A stretch of DNA of 64,000 bases from contig NW_026782583.1 in the NCBI RefSeq assembly GCF_031769215.1, positions 186,001 to 250,000 on the forward strand, given 5' to 3'. The notes under the pieces are model-generated. The model had not been told where the DNA came from and did not search any database. It saw nothing but the letters and a program-made list of their open reading frames with translations. A program made the translations under genes and the position numbers. Origin of the DNA: Ylistrum balloti (lineage: Eukaryota). Positions 1 through 12,504 of the stretch are shown one piece after another. Every line of letters begins with the position of its first letter. Positions within the stretch are counted from its first letter, which is position 1.

Positions 1-400
1 CTTGTAAGTTGTAATTCCTTCTACACTGACCTAACTTGCAAACTTCTAGATGTAAGAAAAGTGAATTCCAGAGTTGAAGTGTAGATGGTAAAAAAGAACA
101 GTCTGATAAAGTTTGTTTGAAATCAATCAATACCACTGAGATTTCAATGACACTGCATGAAACCAAATGCTTTTCAATCATATAACAAATGCTAAAAAAA
201 TACACACGAACTTCTTTCTTTTATAATTTCAATAACAAAATACAATTTATAGGATACATTTAATAAAATTAACTAAATCAAGGATGTACTTGAGAGATTT
301 CCATGTGTCACATTGTCGTACCAACATAGATACAGATAGACAGAGCAAGGGAAATAACTCTAATTCAGAAATACAACACATTATTTTTTTTATCTATTAT

Positions 401-433
401 CAGGGACGTATAATACTGTATTATACGTCCCTG
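401..433. repeat. Perfect 33-bp palindrome (16-bp arms, 1-nt loop); possible collapsed MITE
   Basis: cagggacgtataatac-t-gtattatacgtccctg; the arms are exact reverse complements. Flanks are ctattat / ctattag (6 of 7 identical). Confidence 0.85.
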
Positions 434-1488
434 CTATTAGGAATGATAATTTATCTATCCTAACACTCAAAGATTTTATCGTAAATTGTTTGTCATTCTT
501 ATTGAAAAGATAGGTCCCGGACTTCTGATTATCAGCTTTTTATAATATATGCACGTGGAAATGCTTCATTTATATTTATGTTAATTTGTGAGGTTTTTTT
601 TATGGTACTAATAAATTGTTGTCAAACTGCTAATTAAGTATGTTAGTTAAATTCCACTGAATTTGAATTAAACATATTCATTGCAAAAATTATTACAACA
701 AATTATTACTCCATTTACTATTCATAATTACATATGTGCTTTGACGACATAACAAAGTTACGTATCAACAGTGACCTAAATCAGCATTAACACTAAATAA
801 CACTAGAACATCAGTCCTGTAGGGGGATGCTTAATCAATGACATTATCTAATGTTTATTTTTACCAACGATAACTAGATATCGCATACTTGTATATGAAA
901 CCAGACAAAATCGAAATGCATTTTTAAAAATCCCTGAAATCTGTCGCTTTGATTCCCGTAAACTTTGCTGTAACTCATATATGTAAAAACAATATGGGAA
1001 CATAACATGTCCTCTCACGGTTTTGTCACACGATTTGGAACTAGATATGATTTACGGCTACATCTGTGAGTACAAAGCACCTAATGGTTAAAAACTACAA
1101 AAAAGTGAAAACTATAATACTTATGTAATATTCGGAAATATGCTACTCGTACGTTAGAAATGTAGTAAGTTATTTGTATTTTTTGTGATTTTTTTTAGCA
1201 AGAAGGAAATTAAAAAAAAAAGAGAGATAACTTAAAAACACGGATTTTGAATATTCTGAGTCCGTGTTAAGAGGAAAGATTTTTTATTATTACATTTCCG
1301 AAAGAGACGAAAGTTATCCAAAATCGGTAGCCGAAAAGGCTGGGCATAACCTGTTACACAGAATATAATGCACAACCATCAGGCAGATTTAGTATCTATT
1401 CATATGAAGATACTATAAAGATGTAATTCTTAAATATGAAATCCAAAATCTATGTAAACAATTATATCAATGTAGGATAACAACAAAC

Positions 1489-1567
1489 CTGTGAAGGCCA
1501 GTTTTGACGGCGGAAGTTCATTCATATTTTCTTCATCATTCATATCGCACCTCTTTCTCTTCCCCAT
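1489..1567 (-). CDS. Possible first coding exon of an unidentified gene continuing off the left edge (MGKRKRCDMNDEENMNELPPSKLAFT)
   Basis: acATGG start context, 79-nt open frame ending at a phase-1 donor CAG|gtttgt. A CpG-richer region with two ATTGG boxes and a TGACGT site lies upstream (about 1740-1870). No family recognised and no downstream exon found. Confidence 0.4.
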
Positions 1568-2639
1568 GTCTGAATAACTGTTTGCTTGTAAAAACGTACT
1601 AAGTGCAAGAATTCCAACGATGTTATCCAAAATCGTTTTGAATCGGAAATGTAAATACAACCGATGTTCGGCTGTATATGTAAATCCTGTTGACACCTTG
1701 TTTTTTCAGTCGCTGAGTTTCCCAGTGGCACAGTGAACTCATTTCACTCGCGCGTGAAGAACGTGAAATAGACATTTTCGATTTACCTGTGTCACCTCTG
1801 CCCTGTGACGTAGCAGGGTTCACGACCCGTGCGACCGGTAGTGTTTTGATTGGTATGTTGTTATTGGCTGATTAACGGAACGCTTTTGAAACCGTTTAAT
1901 TATCTCAGAGTAAAAACATTCAAGGATTTCAGACCTACTTGTGATCATTAGCAGCCGACTGAGATACTGGAATTAGCAGTGACGTGAAGAGACTTTCTCA
2001 TTCTCAACTAGTACCCTTCTTGTCGAAACTGACACCATTTAGCCAGAACAGTGTTTACCGTTTTAGGTTCTAGAACTATTCATATTAACCAAAACCGGTA
2101 TTTAATGCTTCAGAATAATATGTCAATTGTCTTGAGAGAATTTTGCTGAATGAAAAATACATTTTTACAAAAGTCATGTCATATTTGTGACCAGTTGTCA
2201 ACATGGACTTAACCAGTGACTAAAACTCGTTATGATTGATTTAATTTTTCATTTTTTTTTCTTTTCAAAAACTTTTTTCGTGAAGCAATTTTTATATCAC
2301 AATATGTTATCGAAAACGTTTTTTGGAAATAAAAATAAACAAACCTAAATTCGAATTTCGATTGAAAGTGAGTCTTCAGTATGAGATGATTTCATGTTGA
2401 AAATTTTGAAAATGCAGATAAATTATTCGAAACTGTGGCGATACTGAAAAACCTGTGTATATTTTTATGGACCACCGTTGAGACGAAAGGTTAAGACTAA
2501 ATATCAAGACCAAGAATTATTTTAAGTAAACAGACATGTTTTTCTATATCCAAGGGAGATAAACCATGTCATTACAAAAACAATTAAAAAAAATTGGAGA
2601 CATTTTTCACTTTAAAATATCACTTACTTGCAAAACTAG

Positions 2640-2935
2640 CATCTGTGATAATCTCTCAAAGAATTTGGAAAGTTTTAAACAAACGAAAATAATTGATGAC
2701 CTAACAGACATTTTAACAGATCGCTGTATAGTGGAAAATGTCCGGACGTTGTACGATGTTATGCAATATACTGACGAAAGTATAATACCTAGTTAAATAC
2801 TTTTTTAGATACTTTAATAGACCTTTGATTCTGTCTCGTGGCATTTCATAGAGGAAGTTTTTAACTGTTTTAAGTTCAGGAGTGATATAAAAAATTGTGG
2901 ATTAAAACACTGCATTCTAATGTTTATTCCTCTAG
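2640..2935 (+). mobile_element. Degenerate L1/Tx1-like LINE reverse-transcriptase fragment
   Basis: Translates as ...DRCIVENVRTLYDVMQYTDESIIP then, across stops and frameshifts, TFDSVSWHFIEEVF...WIKTLHSNVYS. This resembles the RT region 'GRYIGENIRLIYD...FEKAFDSVSW' of L1/Tx1 ORF2. Confidence 0.65.
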
Positions 2936-3404
2936 AAATCAGTGTGGTAACATCTCTTTTCCTGTTAGGATCCAATCGCCGCATTTATTTTCATTATCTG
3001 TGTTGAAGTACTTACAGCAAAATAGTATCTGAGCAGAATATCAATACTGATGAAAACAAATGTTATATGGATTGGCATTATTAAATATAGCGAAGAAACG
3101 TTTGTGTCAGATTTAAACTTACAATGGGGAGAGAGCATATTTATATTTTTGGAAATTAATTTTTCTTTTGACTTAACTTGAATGCCTAGATGCCCAGCGG
3201 AGAGGCGAATGGTTGATGTTACTTCCAGTACTACAAAGTACCCGTATGTAAATATTGATTCAGAGAATATTTCTTTATCAAAATAAATATAAATAAGATA
3301 ACAGCCTTTTGACTAGTCTATCACGAATTTCTGGACAAACTTCCTATCCTCACGAGTTACATCTTTGAGAAATAAAAGAAGACATATTTTAAAATAAAAT
3401 TCAT

Positions 3405-6400
3405 TTAATTAAAATAGGCAGTAGCTACTTGGTTGCCATGGACATAGCTGACGTCATAGGATTTCACCGTCAGATCGTGTCCCGCCATATTGAAGTTGCA
3501 ATTGGTGTTCTTTCGGACAAGGAAACAGGTGGTGAGAACAGCTAGGTCAAACTCCGGACTGGTTCCAACTAAAAGCGTGGTCAGTGGTTTGGGTTTATCA
3601 AACCAGGTAAAATGGACGCCCAATTTCCGCGGCTGGGGAACAAAAATACAGTCATACATTTAAACGAATAGGGTTTCCTCAAACGATGATCACATTTTAA
3701 CCTTTAAGTCAGAGCGGAGCACTAGGTTTTCACGGATGCTCATAACAATTGAATATTTTTTCTTAATTAACTTGATCTGTTGGAAATTTCCCGTTTCATA
3801 GGAAGCATAAAAATGACGTTTCTATGTTGACGGAATTTAAACGTTTCGATCTCAATGTTAACCTATCATGTTAAATCATAGGTTGAATATTTCCAAAACA
3901 CCGTAAACAATGTTAAAGATGTCTTGAAATTGAAAGTGTGAAGCAAGCAAACGAGATAAGCTTTATTTTTTTCATTTTTTTTTCTCTCAAATATCTAGTT
4001 CTGAAAATAATTTTATAGGTCGAGATAGAAACTTCGCAATAAAAAAAAAATGGTGTTGTTGAAAAGCTTCCGTTTTGATAATTAAATGAAGATATTCACC
4101 GTTCGAGGAGGGGTTCGGGGAGGGGGTCATGGGATATATGATAGATATAGTTATCACGCACGCACGCACAGTTTTTATAATATACCCCTGACGTAAGTGG
4201 GTGTATAATTAATTCAGGTAAAACATGGTATACATAACACTTTAGGTAAATCCCTCATACACCTGGTAAATACAGGTATGTTCTCGTTACCTCTTTAGAG
4301 TAGATGTAGCCAAGATAATTGATGTGACCTCTTTTCTCCTCCAGGTAAAACTGAATCCAGTTATGGAAACCAGAAACTCCTGTGCTAGTGGTCTCTCCGA
4401 CAAACACGTGCTCGAAACCGTTACTTCCCATGGAAGTTCCTGCACGTGAGTACTGTGTGAACCAAACACTCTTTAGTATGTCGCGGAAATCCGTCGTTGA
4501 TGAGGTGTAACCTTTCAAGAAACATGTCAAGCGTTTATATATTTCGTATGAAGGAAAACTTACTTATCATGTAAGTAACAACACTGTTATCAGTGTACAA
4601 TGAGTGCTTGGTAATCATTCGTTCCTGGCAAAAATCGTCTTAATTCCGGAATGCCGATTTTATTCCAACGGCCCGATCAGAGTTATCATCCTGGATTGAT
4701 TAATGATCAATTTCAAGAATTTGTATGTAGTATTTGCTGTAAATACGGATATTTAAAAACGTTTTTCATTGTCCAATTATGTTTCATACAGATACCGACT
4801 TTACCACGTACACGTAAATACACCTTAATGCCGTGTACAATATGCATTAACACGATTTAGATAAATATCTATTTCATAATTACATATCATATGTCCTAGC
4901 AGAAACATGATTGGCTGAAAGTGTTATAACTTTTAAAATATTGTACCTTCTCCGTGCAGAAATCGATAAGTTTCTGTCATGACTGTTGTCTTCATCACTT
5001 CCGTTATGAATCGGTCGATCTCGGTAGTTTCCGTCGATATTGTGTGCTCCGAGTGAGCTGTGTTTCTATCGAAGTTATCTAGCAAGTCAATGAAAGCAGA
5101 GTAGGTTGGTTTTGTGAAGAGATGGTTCTCATTTACATACTGGAACAACCTGTAAGGAATTACAAATTTTGACATGAATTTGAAAAGAAAAGAGTTTCAA
5201 AAATAATTGGTTTTTGTATATCACTTCAAAACGACAGTCTGACACGGAAGCAATCGTATCTGGAACCGTGTAAAAAGTGTAATAAAAGTCCATTATTTTT
5301 CCTCACCTGTCATGGGCATGGTCAGCAGATGAGGAAGTTGACGTATGTGATTGGAGGTTGTATGTGACGTCAGAGTAGGAAGCCGCATTGGGGTCGTCGT
5401 TCCATATCCCAGTAATAAAGGACGATAACTCTGCGTTAGAAACGCTACCCAGTGCAGGAGAACAACCTACGGAATCAGAGAACAAACAAAGCGTTTCAAA
5501 ACCTATTTTGACTATAAAATAAACCAGTTCTGGTACAATACTTTGGAAATATTATTCATTCCTTACAATAAACGTATCGGATTTTACAAGGGGTGCTATA
5601 GTTTCTACTCTTCTAAGCACTTTTATGTGGAATTCGGCGTCAATCTTCCCTTGGTGGTATATTCACCCCAGTGCTGTATGAATTAGTTCACCGACTTCTG
5701 TCTACTCATCGACGGACAAACCATCATCAACAGAAATTTTGACGTCTGTTTTAAATGCCGTCGAGAATAGTTAACATATCGGTTCGTCTTTGAGTCATAG
5801 TCTTCTGAACGTTTTTTATGGATTCTGTCAATGTATAATAATTAAGCACTGTGATCGTCGAATTTCGACACATCCATCATAATACAAAATCGTCAGAACG
5901 TACGCGAGTGTCATTGTTTACATCTGCTGTATTTGGTTATATGAAAAAAGAAGGTAAGAAAAAAGGACCATACCCTAACTGAACAGTAAGAAAGAGGAGA
6001 GAGAGGAATCTCCACAGTCACATGGAAAACACAGCGGATGTATACATGGTTGTCGATAAGTATATATTTCTACCACAATAAACCTTTCTTTGTGCCTTCC
6101 AAGTCAAATAAAAAACACAAATGTTAAATTAAAGATGATTAAATCAACACAATTAGTAAAAGATACCGCAATGCATCATGGGAGTGATTGCCGCTGCGGA
6201 TATTTTTGCCTTTGTAAACTTCGACGACATTAGGGGAAGATCGTATTGAATGGACGTCTAGATATCTTGTTTTTTTCTTAGGTTGCAGAACTTGTCCGGC
6301 TTTTCCTTTTTTGTGTCGCCTGCAGAGCTGGCGGACACTTAGGGATCACTTTGTCCGTCGTCACGCGTCGTCGTCGTCGGCGGCGGCGGCTGCGTCCGTA

Positions 6401-7381
6401 CGAAAGCTTTCCGGACTTTTTTCGGTAATGCTTTGAGTAATCAAAATAAAATTTGGCATATGGCTTTTTGTTGCACGGGTACAGATTAAGTGCGATTCCC
6501 GGCTGTCTTTGACCCTTTTTGGCAGAGTTATGTCCTTTTGAACTTGAATATTCTCTGGGAATATTGTTTTCTTGACTTTCTTTGGTTATGCTTTGTGTTA
6601 TAGAATGACATTTGCTATATGCTGTCTTGGATCCTTCTTGGCAGTGATATGTCCGCTTGAACTTGGAAAATTTCTCAGGAATATTGCTTTGCGCAGTTTT
6701 CCCTTTATGCTTCAAGTTATAGAAATGAAATTTGGTATTACAACTTTATGGTTGATCGTTGCACATCCAGGTCAATTTTTGGGTGACCGTGACACTTTAT
6801 GCAGGCGACACATACAGTTCCGAGGACCTCTTGTTAAATCATTTTTTTTTCATCGAGTATTCACCAAGAGGTACAGACGTTTCACAGTGTTTTGTCATAC
6901 TATTTCTATAACAGGTAAAAATGTAAATCGCTCTAATCCTCTAAACATGCAGGTGATTTATTTTAAGTTGAACTTTGCCTCGCACTATCTGTAATAACAA
7001 CACCTATCCGTTTAAGCACATTACCGGTCAGTACTGCAGTAGTATCTCGGTCTGTTAATCAAACGTAAGTAAAGTGAACAATACTTAAGACACCAACAAA
7101 CAAACAAGTCTATCTCATTTTGGTAATGGACAGGACATATAGAGATCAGTCAGCTTACTCAGAATTCTAAAACAATAAAAGTGGCAGGGTCGGGATTGGT
7201 TATCAACAGATTGTTTACGAAACTACCTTTGTTTATTTACTATAACCACGGATTTTAAAAATCTCAACACAGGATAGGTGATGGGATTTTACCGGTATAG
7301 GATAATATACGTTGGAGAAAGACAGATGTACTTACAGTGGAGAATGATCAGGTAGGAAATGAAACAGCCATGACCGGCCAT
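3405..7381 (-). CDS. ENDOU: EndoU-family uridylate-specific endoribonuclease, copy 1, with predicted signal peptide (about 285 aa)
   Basis: Exons 7381-7336, 5466-5307, 5149-4947, 4511-4291, 3632-3405; all GT-AG with phases 1,2,1,0 consistent; 858 nt. Motifs GFEHVFVGE, GFHNW, KPKP..LLVGTSPEFD, VATAYF. N-terminus MAGHGCFISYLIILHCCSPALG. Confidence 0.93.
4030..4210 (-). mobile_element. Short HINE/MITE-like relic in EndoU intron (paralogous copy at about 13140-13335)
   Basis: Terminal imperfect hairpin tatacccc...gggtgtata next to a (cgca)n microsatellite, an arrangement typical of non-autonomous Helentron-like elements. Confidence 0.4.
6160..6900 (-). mobile_element. Non-autonomous interspersed repeat in EndoU intron 1; source of spurious ORFs 6278-6715 and 6572-6994
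   Basis: Internal repeats of the 'aagggcataactc / gaatattgtttt' type, a (cgt/cgg)n microsatellite and an aacaaga terminus. About 525 bp of it (6312-6835) is absent from duplicate unit 2. Confidence 0.5.
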
Positions 7382-7692
7382 CTTGTGTATAGCTATATAC
7401 AGACTGAACATTAGCGACAACACAGTCTTATCAGTTAAACGTGATTGTAGGTAAAATGTAAGTAGTGTTGACACACGTGAATTTTGTGCCAAGTATATTG
7501 ATATGCACATCAAAAAATATATAGCTGGTAACAGAAACCCTATATACTTACATGTATAATTTTTAAAGCATGTGAGCGTCGTAGATAAACAGACGTGTTC
7601 TTTAATTCCAATAAAATATTTCAGCAGACAGCAGGTTAATCTTTGGTTTCACTATCGCCCTTCCGGTACTGACACCGTCTTTATTAGTATGT

Positions 7693-9846
7693 CCCCATCC
7701 TCTTTGTTAGACCACAGTTCTTGTGAGAGCCCATCCTCTTTGTTAGATCTACGTTGTTGTGAGGCCCCATCATCTGTATGTACTTTAATAGACCTACGTT
7801 GTTGTGAGGCCCCATCGTCTGTATATACTTTACTAGACCATAGTTGTTGTCAGGCCCCATCCTCTGTATACACTTTAATAGACCATAGTTGTTGTGAGGC
7901 CCCATCCTCTGTATACATATTATTGGACCATAGTTGTTGTGAGGCCCCATCCTCTGTATACACTTTAATAGACCATAGTTGTTGTCAGGCCCCATCCTCT
8001 GTATACACTTTATTAGACCATAGTTGTTGTGAGGCCCCATCCTCTGTATACACTTTAATAGACCATAGTTGTTGTGAGGCCCCATCCTATGTATACATAT
8101 TATTGGACCATAGTTGTTGTGAGGCCCCATCCTCTGTATACATATTATTGGACCATAGTTGTTGTGAGGCCCCATCGTCTGTATATACTTTACTAGACCA
8201 TAGTTGTTGTCAGGCCCCATCCTCTGTATACACTTTAATAGACCATAGTTGTTGTGAGGCCCCATCCTCTGTATACACTTTAATAGACCATAGTTGTTGT
8301 GAGGCCCCATCCTCTGTATACACTTTAATAGACCATAGTTGTTGTGAGGCCCCATCCTCTGTATACATATTATTGGACCATAGTTGTTGTGAGGCCCCAT
8401 CCTCTGTATACATATTATTGGCCCATAGTTGTTGTGAGGCCCCATCCTCTGTATAAACTTTAATAGACCGTAGTTGTTGTGAGGCCCCATCCTCTGTATA
8501 AACTTTAATAGACCATAGTTGTTGTGAGGCCCCATCCTCTGTATACACTTTAATAGACCATAGTTGTTGTGAGGCCCCATCCTCTGTATACACTTTAATA
8601 GACCATAGTTGTTGTGAGGCCCCATCCTCTGTATACATTTTATTGGACCATAGTTGTTGTGAGGCCCCATCCTCTGTATACACTTTTTAGTTGTTGTGAG
8701 GCCCCATCCTCTGTATACACATAGATGTTGTGAGGCCCCATCCTCTGTATACACTTTAATAGACCGTAGTTGTGAGGCCCCATCCTCTGTATACATTATA
8801 TTGGACCATAGTTGTTGTGAGGCCCCATCCTCTGTATACACTTTAATAGACCATAGTTGTTGTGAGGCTCCATCCTCTGTATATACTTTACTAGACAATA
8901 GTTATTGTGAGGCACCATCCTCTGTATACACTTTAATAGACCATAGTTGTTGTGAGGTCCCATCCCCTGTATACTGACCATAGTTGTTGTGACATCCTCT
9001 GTATTATTAGACCATAGTTGTTGTGAGGCCCCATCCTCTGTTTAAACTTTAATAGACAATAGTTGTTGTGAGGCCCCATCCTCTGTATACACTTTATTAG
9101 ACCATAGTTGTTGTGAGGCCCCATCCTCTGTATACACGTTAATAGACCGTAGTTATTGTGAGGCACCATCCTCTGTATACACTTTAATAGACCATAGTTG
9201 TTGTGAGGTCCCATCCTCTGTATACACTTTAATAGACCGTAGTTGTGAGGCCCCATCCTCTGTATACATTATATTGGACCATAGTTGTTGTGAGGCCCCA
9301 TCCTCTGTATACACTTTAATAGATCGTAGTTGTTGTGAGGCCCCATCATCTCTATACACGTTAATAGACCGTAGTTGTTGTGAGGCTCCATCCTCTGTAT
9401 ACACTTTACTAGACAATAGTTATTGTGAGGCACCATCCTCTGTATACACTATAATAGAGCATAGTTGTTGTGAGGCCCCATCCTCTGTATACACTTTAAT
9501 AGACCATAGTTGTTGTGAGGTCCCATCCTCTGTATACACTTTAATAGACCGTAGTTGTTATGAGGTCCCATCCTCTGTATACATTTTATTGGACCATAGT
9601 TGTTGTGAGGCCCCATCCTCTGTATGCACTTTAATAGACCATAGTTGTTTTGAGGTCCCATCCTCTGTATACACTTTAATAGACCGTAGTTGTGAGGCCC
9701 CATCCTCTGTATACATTTTATTGGACCATAGTTGTTGTGAGGCCCCATCCTCTGTATACACTTAACTAGACCATAGTTGTTATGAGGCCCCATCCTCTGT
9801 ATACACTTTAATAGACCATAGTTGCTGTGAGTCCCATCCTCTGTAT
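7693..9846. repeat. Minisatellite array upstream of EndoU copy 1: about 2 x 36-bp units then about 46 x 45-bp units
   Basis: 45-mer gtatacactttaatagaccatagttgttgtgaggccccatcctct. The first units are the 36-mer ttgttagacc...ccatcctct. Produces 15-aa repeating ORFs on both strands. Confidence 0.97.
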
Positions 9847-12504
9847 TCACTGTCTGCACAGTTGGTAAACCTTTATTATAGATACTAACACACTTTTCAG
9901 GTATCATAATCTTTTATTGGTTTGTATTGAATGGTATACACATTGAGGATTGCTTATATTTACAAAACATGAAAAAATATTTTTCACTATGTACTGTGTA
10001 AGTTCAAAGGGTTTTTAAATAACACTAAAATTGTGTACATTTTTGTATGTTAAAATCAAAATGTAAACAAATCAAATCTTACAAAGTTTTAGGAAAATTT
10101 TCCTTGAAACTATAAATACAAATTGATTACCATCACAAGTTTATCATTTTACCGGTTTTTATATGACGTTTCACGGACTTCCTATCTGTTATGTTTTTTT
10201 CATAAACGTAAATGAAGACCTCCAAAACTCGGGTATGCAGACCGAAATCTCCAAACTACAGCATCATAAGTTTTGATTTGGTTGGACAGCCAGAGATGCG
10301 ATCGAGTCAGTCCGAAGTAGTTGGACGAAACGTATCGAACTCACAGACACTTTGAAAATATGTAATGTCTTTGAAAGCATTTTCTATAAATCTTAGGAAA
10401 CTTACAAACAAACAATACTTCCACGTAAAGGCTGTCAGCAGATGAAAATTTCACTTTGGTTCATAAATATAATTTTGATTGCCCATTCTTGCACCGGAAT
10501 TGTCAAAACTTTAAACCTGAGCGATATTGTAAGCTTTTTCTAACTGGAATAAAAATTTAATATAGCTTATCTAGAGTTGTTCCTTACATTCACAGCTGGA
10601 ACTTATATGCCACTTCCTCAGCCGGAACTACTCATGCCAAGCCGATAGAAAATATTCAGTAATCGAGAATCACCATGAATGCACTGCGATTTACTAGATT
10701 GACATATAATTGCAATCTCTACCAGAGTTATGGTTCCTTAACAGTCACTCTGGGAGAGATTGACGTAGGTAACTGCAATGCATTCTGGGAGTGATTACAT
10801 TGTCCTGTATACTTCAGCAGTCGGAAAAGGCATACTAACATAGATGATGATTCAAGATATTATTTCTGTATGCAACACAATATGATAATACTGCATAATA
10901 ATTCAACATCAGATTATCGATTTTACATAAAATGAAATAAAACAGTTAAAAAAACAGTCTTTCTCTTATACTATTTTTTACTAATTATTAACATACAACT
11001 TGTATCGGGAAAACGGTACAAGGGTTATCGATCCAACATCACATCGCCATGAAAATATAAACGTAGCCAAAAATAGAAATATTTTCTCACATTTTAAGGT
11101 AAAATGTGTTGTGTAGGGATGATACTCGCTTATTTAGATTCAATCATCACTGACCCGCTTGTCATAATGTCTGTGTGTGATTTTCATTTCATATTTATTG
11201 ATATCGTGTGAAAACATTCATCTTATCAGCTAATAAATATTCAAATTCATAAGCAATTCTCCTAAAGATAGTTTAAAACTAATTTGAATATCATAATTTC
11301 ATACGCTAACAATAAGAAAACATGTTATTTGAGATTTCAAATTTTCTAAACATTAATATATTGTGTACCATAGTCACTTTACTTATATAGATAAAATTAT
11401 AAAATCTTTCCATTTGTTTTCACACAGAGCAATTTAAGTGAATCTCTATTGTGAATAACAGATCATTACGCATGCCCACGCTTTACTGGCCATGTGCATC
11501 CCCTACAGTTACTACAGGTACATAAATTATATATATATAACAATGAACGGGAGATGACGTATAAGTAACCTAACCAAATATTAACCAATCAGATCAGGTA
11601 AACTAACAAAATATTGACCAATCAGATGGGAGCATGAAACAGCAGGACGACGGCATAAGTACCAATGAGCTCAATCGAGCTATATTGATGACTCGGATAA
11701 TTTTAAAATAAGTAATTTCACATGCTACTAGAATTATGTTTCCAATATTTTTTCAATACATAATCCTTTATTTAACATCACAGTTTCTATGTGTATGCTG
11801 TTATAGATGTACCAAGTCAGTGTGTGGTCTGGGCGTCTTTTAACTTATAAACAGAAGACAAATACCCCTACCAACAAGTCATACAACCACAAGTCATAAA
11901 AAATGATAACCGTTCATAATGCAAACTAAGGGAGGCTACTCTCGTGTGACTTATCTTCACGAAGATCATATAAAATACTCATGTATAATTTCAATAATTA
12001 CTATAATAGACCTTCGATTCTGTCTCGTGGCATTTCATAGAGGAAGATGTTAACGATCTTAAGTTCAGGAGTGATATCAAAACGTGGACTAAAACACTGC
12101 ATTCTAATGTTTATTCCTCTAGAAATCAGTGTGATAACATCTGTTTTCCTGTTAGGATCCGCATTTATGGATTGGCAGTAATAAATATAGTGAAGAAACT
12201 TTTATGTCAGATTTAAACTTACAATGGGGAGAGAGCATATTTATATTTTTGGAAATTAATTTTTCTTTTGAGTAAACTTAAATGCCTAGATGCCAAGCGG
12301 AGAGGCGAATGGTTGATGTTATTTCCAGTACTACAAAGTACCCGTATGTAAATATTGATTCAGAGAACATATCTTTATCAAAATAAATACAAATAAGATA
12401 ACAGCCTTTTGACTAGTCTATCGCGAATTTCTGGACGAACTTCATATCCTCACGAGTTACATCTTTAAGAAATAAAAGAAGACATATTTTAAAATAAAAT
12501 TCAT

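Larger units (their letters stand above)
2810..11995. repeat. Tandem segmental duplication, unit 1 (about 9.2 kb)
   Basis: Colinear high identity with 12000-23441, e.g. 2821 acctttgattctgtctcgtgg vs 12009 accttcgattctgtctcgtgg. End ...catgtataatttcaat (11995) matches ...catgtatcatttcaat (23441). Confidence 0.95.

Noticed and set aside
60-110. Possible LINE 3' remnant (FLPSTLQLWNSL, minus strand)
   Set aside because: Too short to call.
3405-3410. EndoU C-terminal Asn as a cereblon-type cyclic-imide degron for the neighbouring CULT protein
   Set aside because: A single terminal residue is easily coincidental and nothing else in the sequence supports the link.
5965-6047. Alternative EndoU signal-peptide exon (LWRFLSLLFLTVQLG)
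   Set aside because: An in-frame TGA separates it from the ATG in both copies, and its donor phase does not fit the strong acceptor at 5466. The exon at 7381-7336 fits cleanly.
6278-6994. Arg-rich 145-aa and 140-aa ORFs
   Set aside because: They lie within an intronic repeat element, and most of the segment is absent from the paralogous copy.
7572-9907. Long repetitive ORFs (294 aa, 404 aa and others) as proteins
   Set aside because: They arise on both strands from a 45-bp period divisible by 3; no splice or start context supports them.
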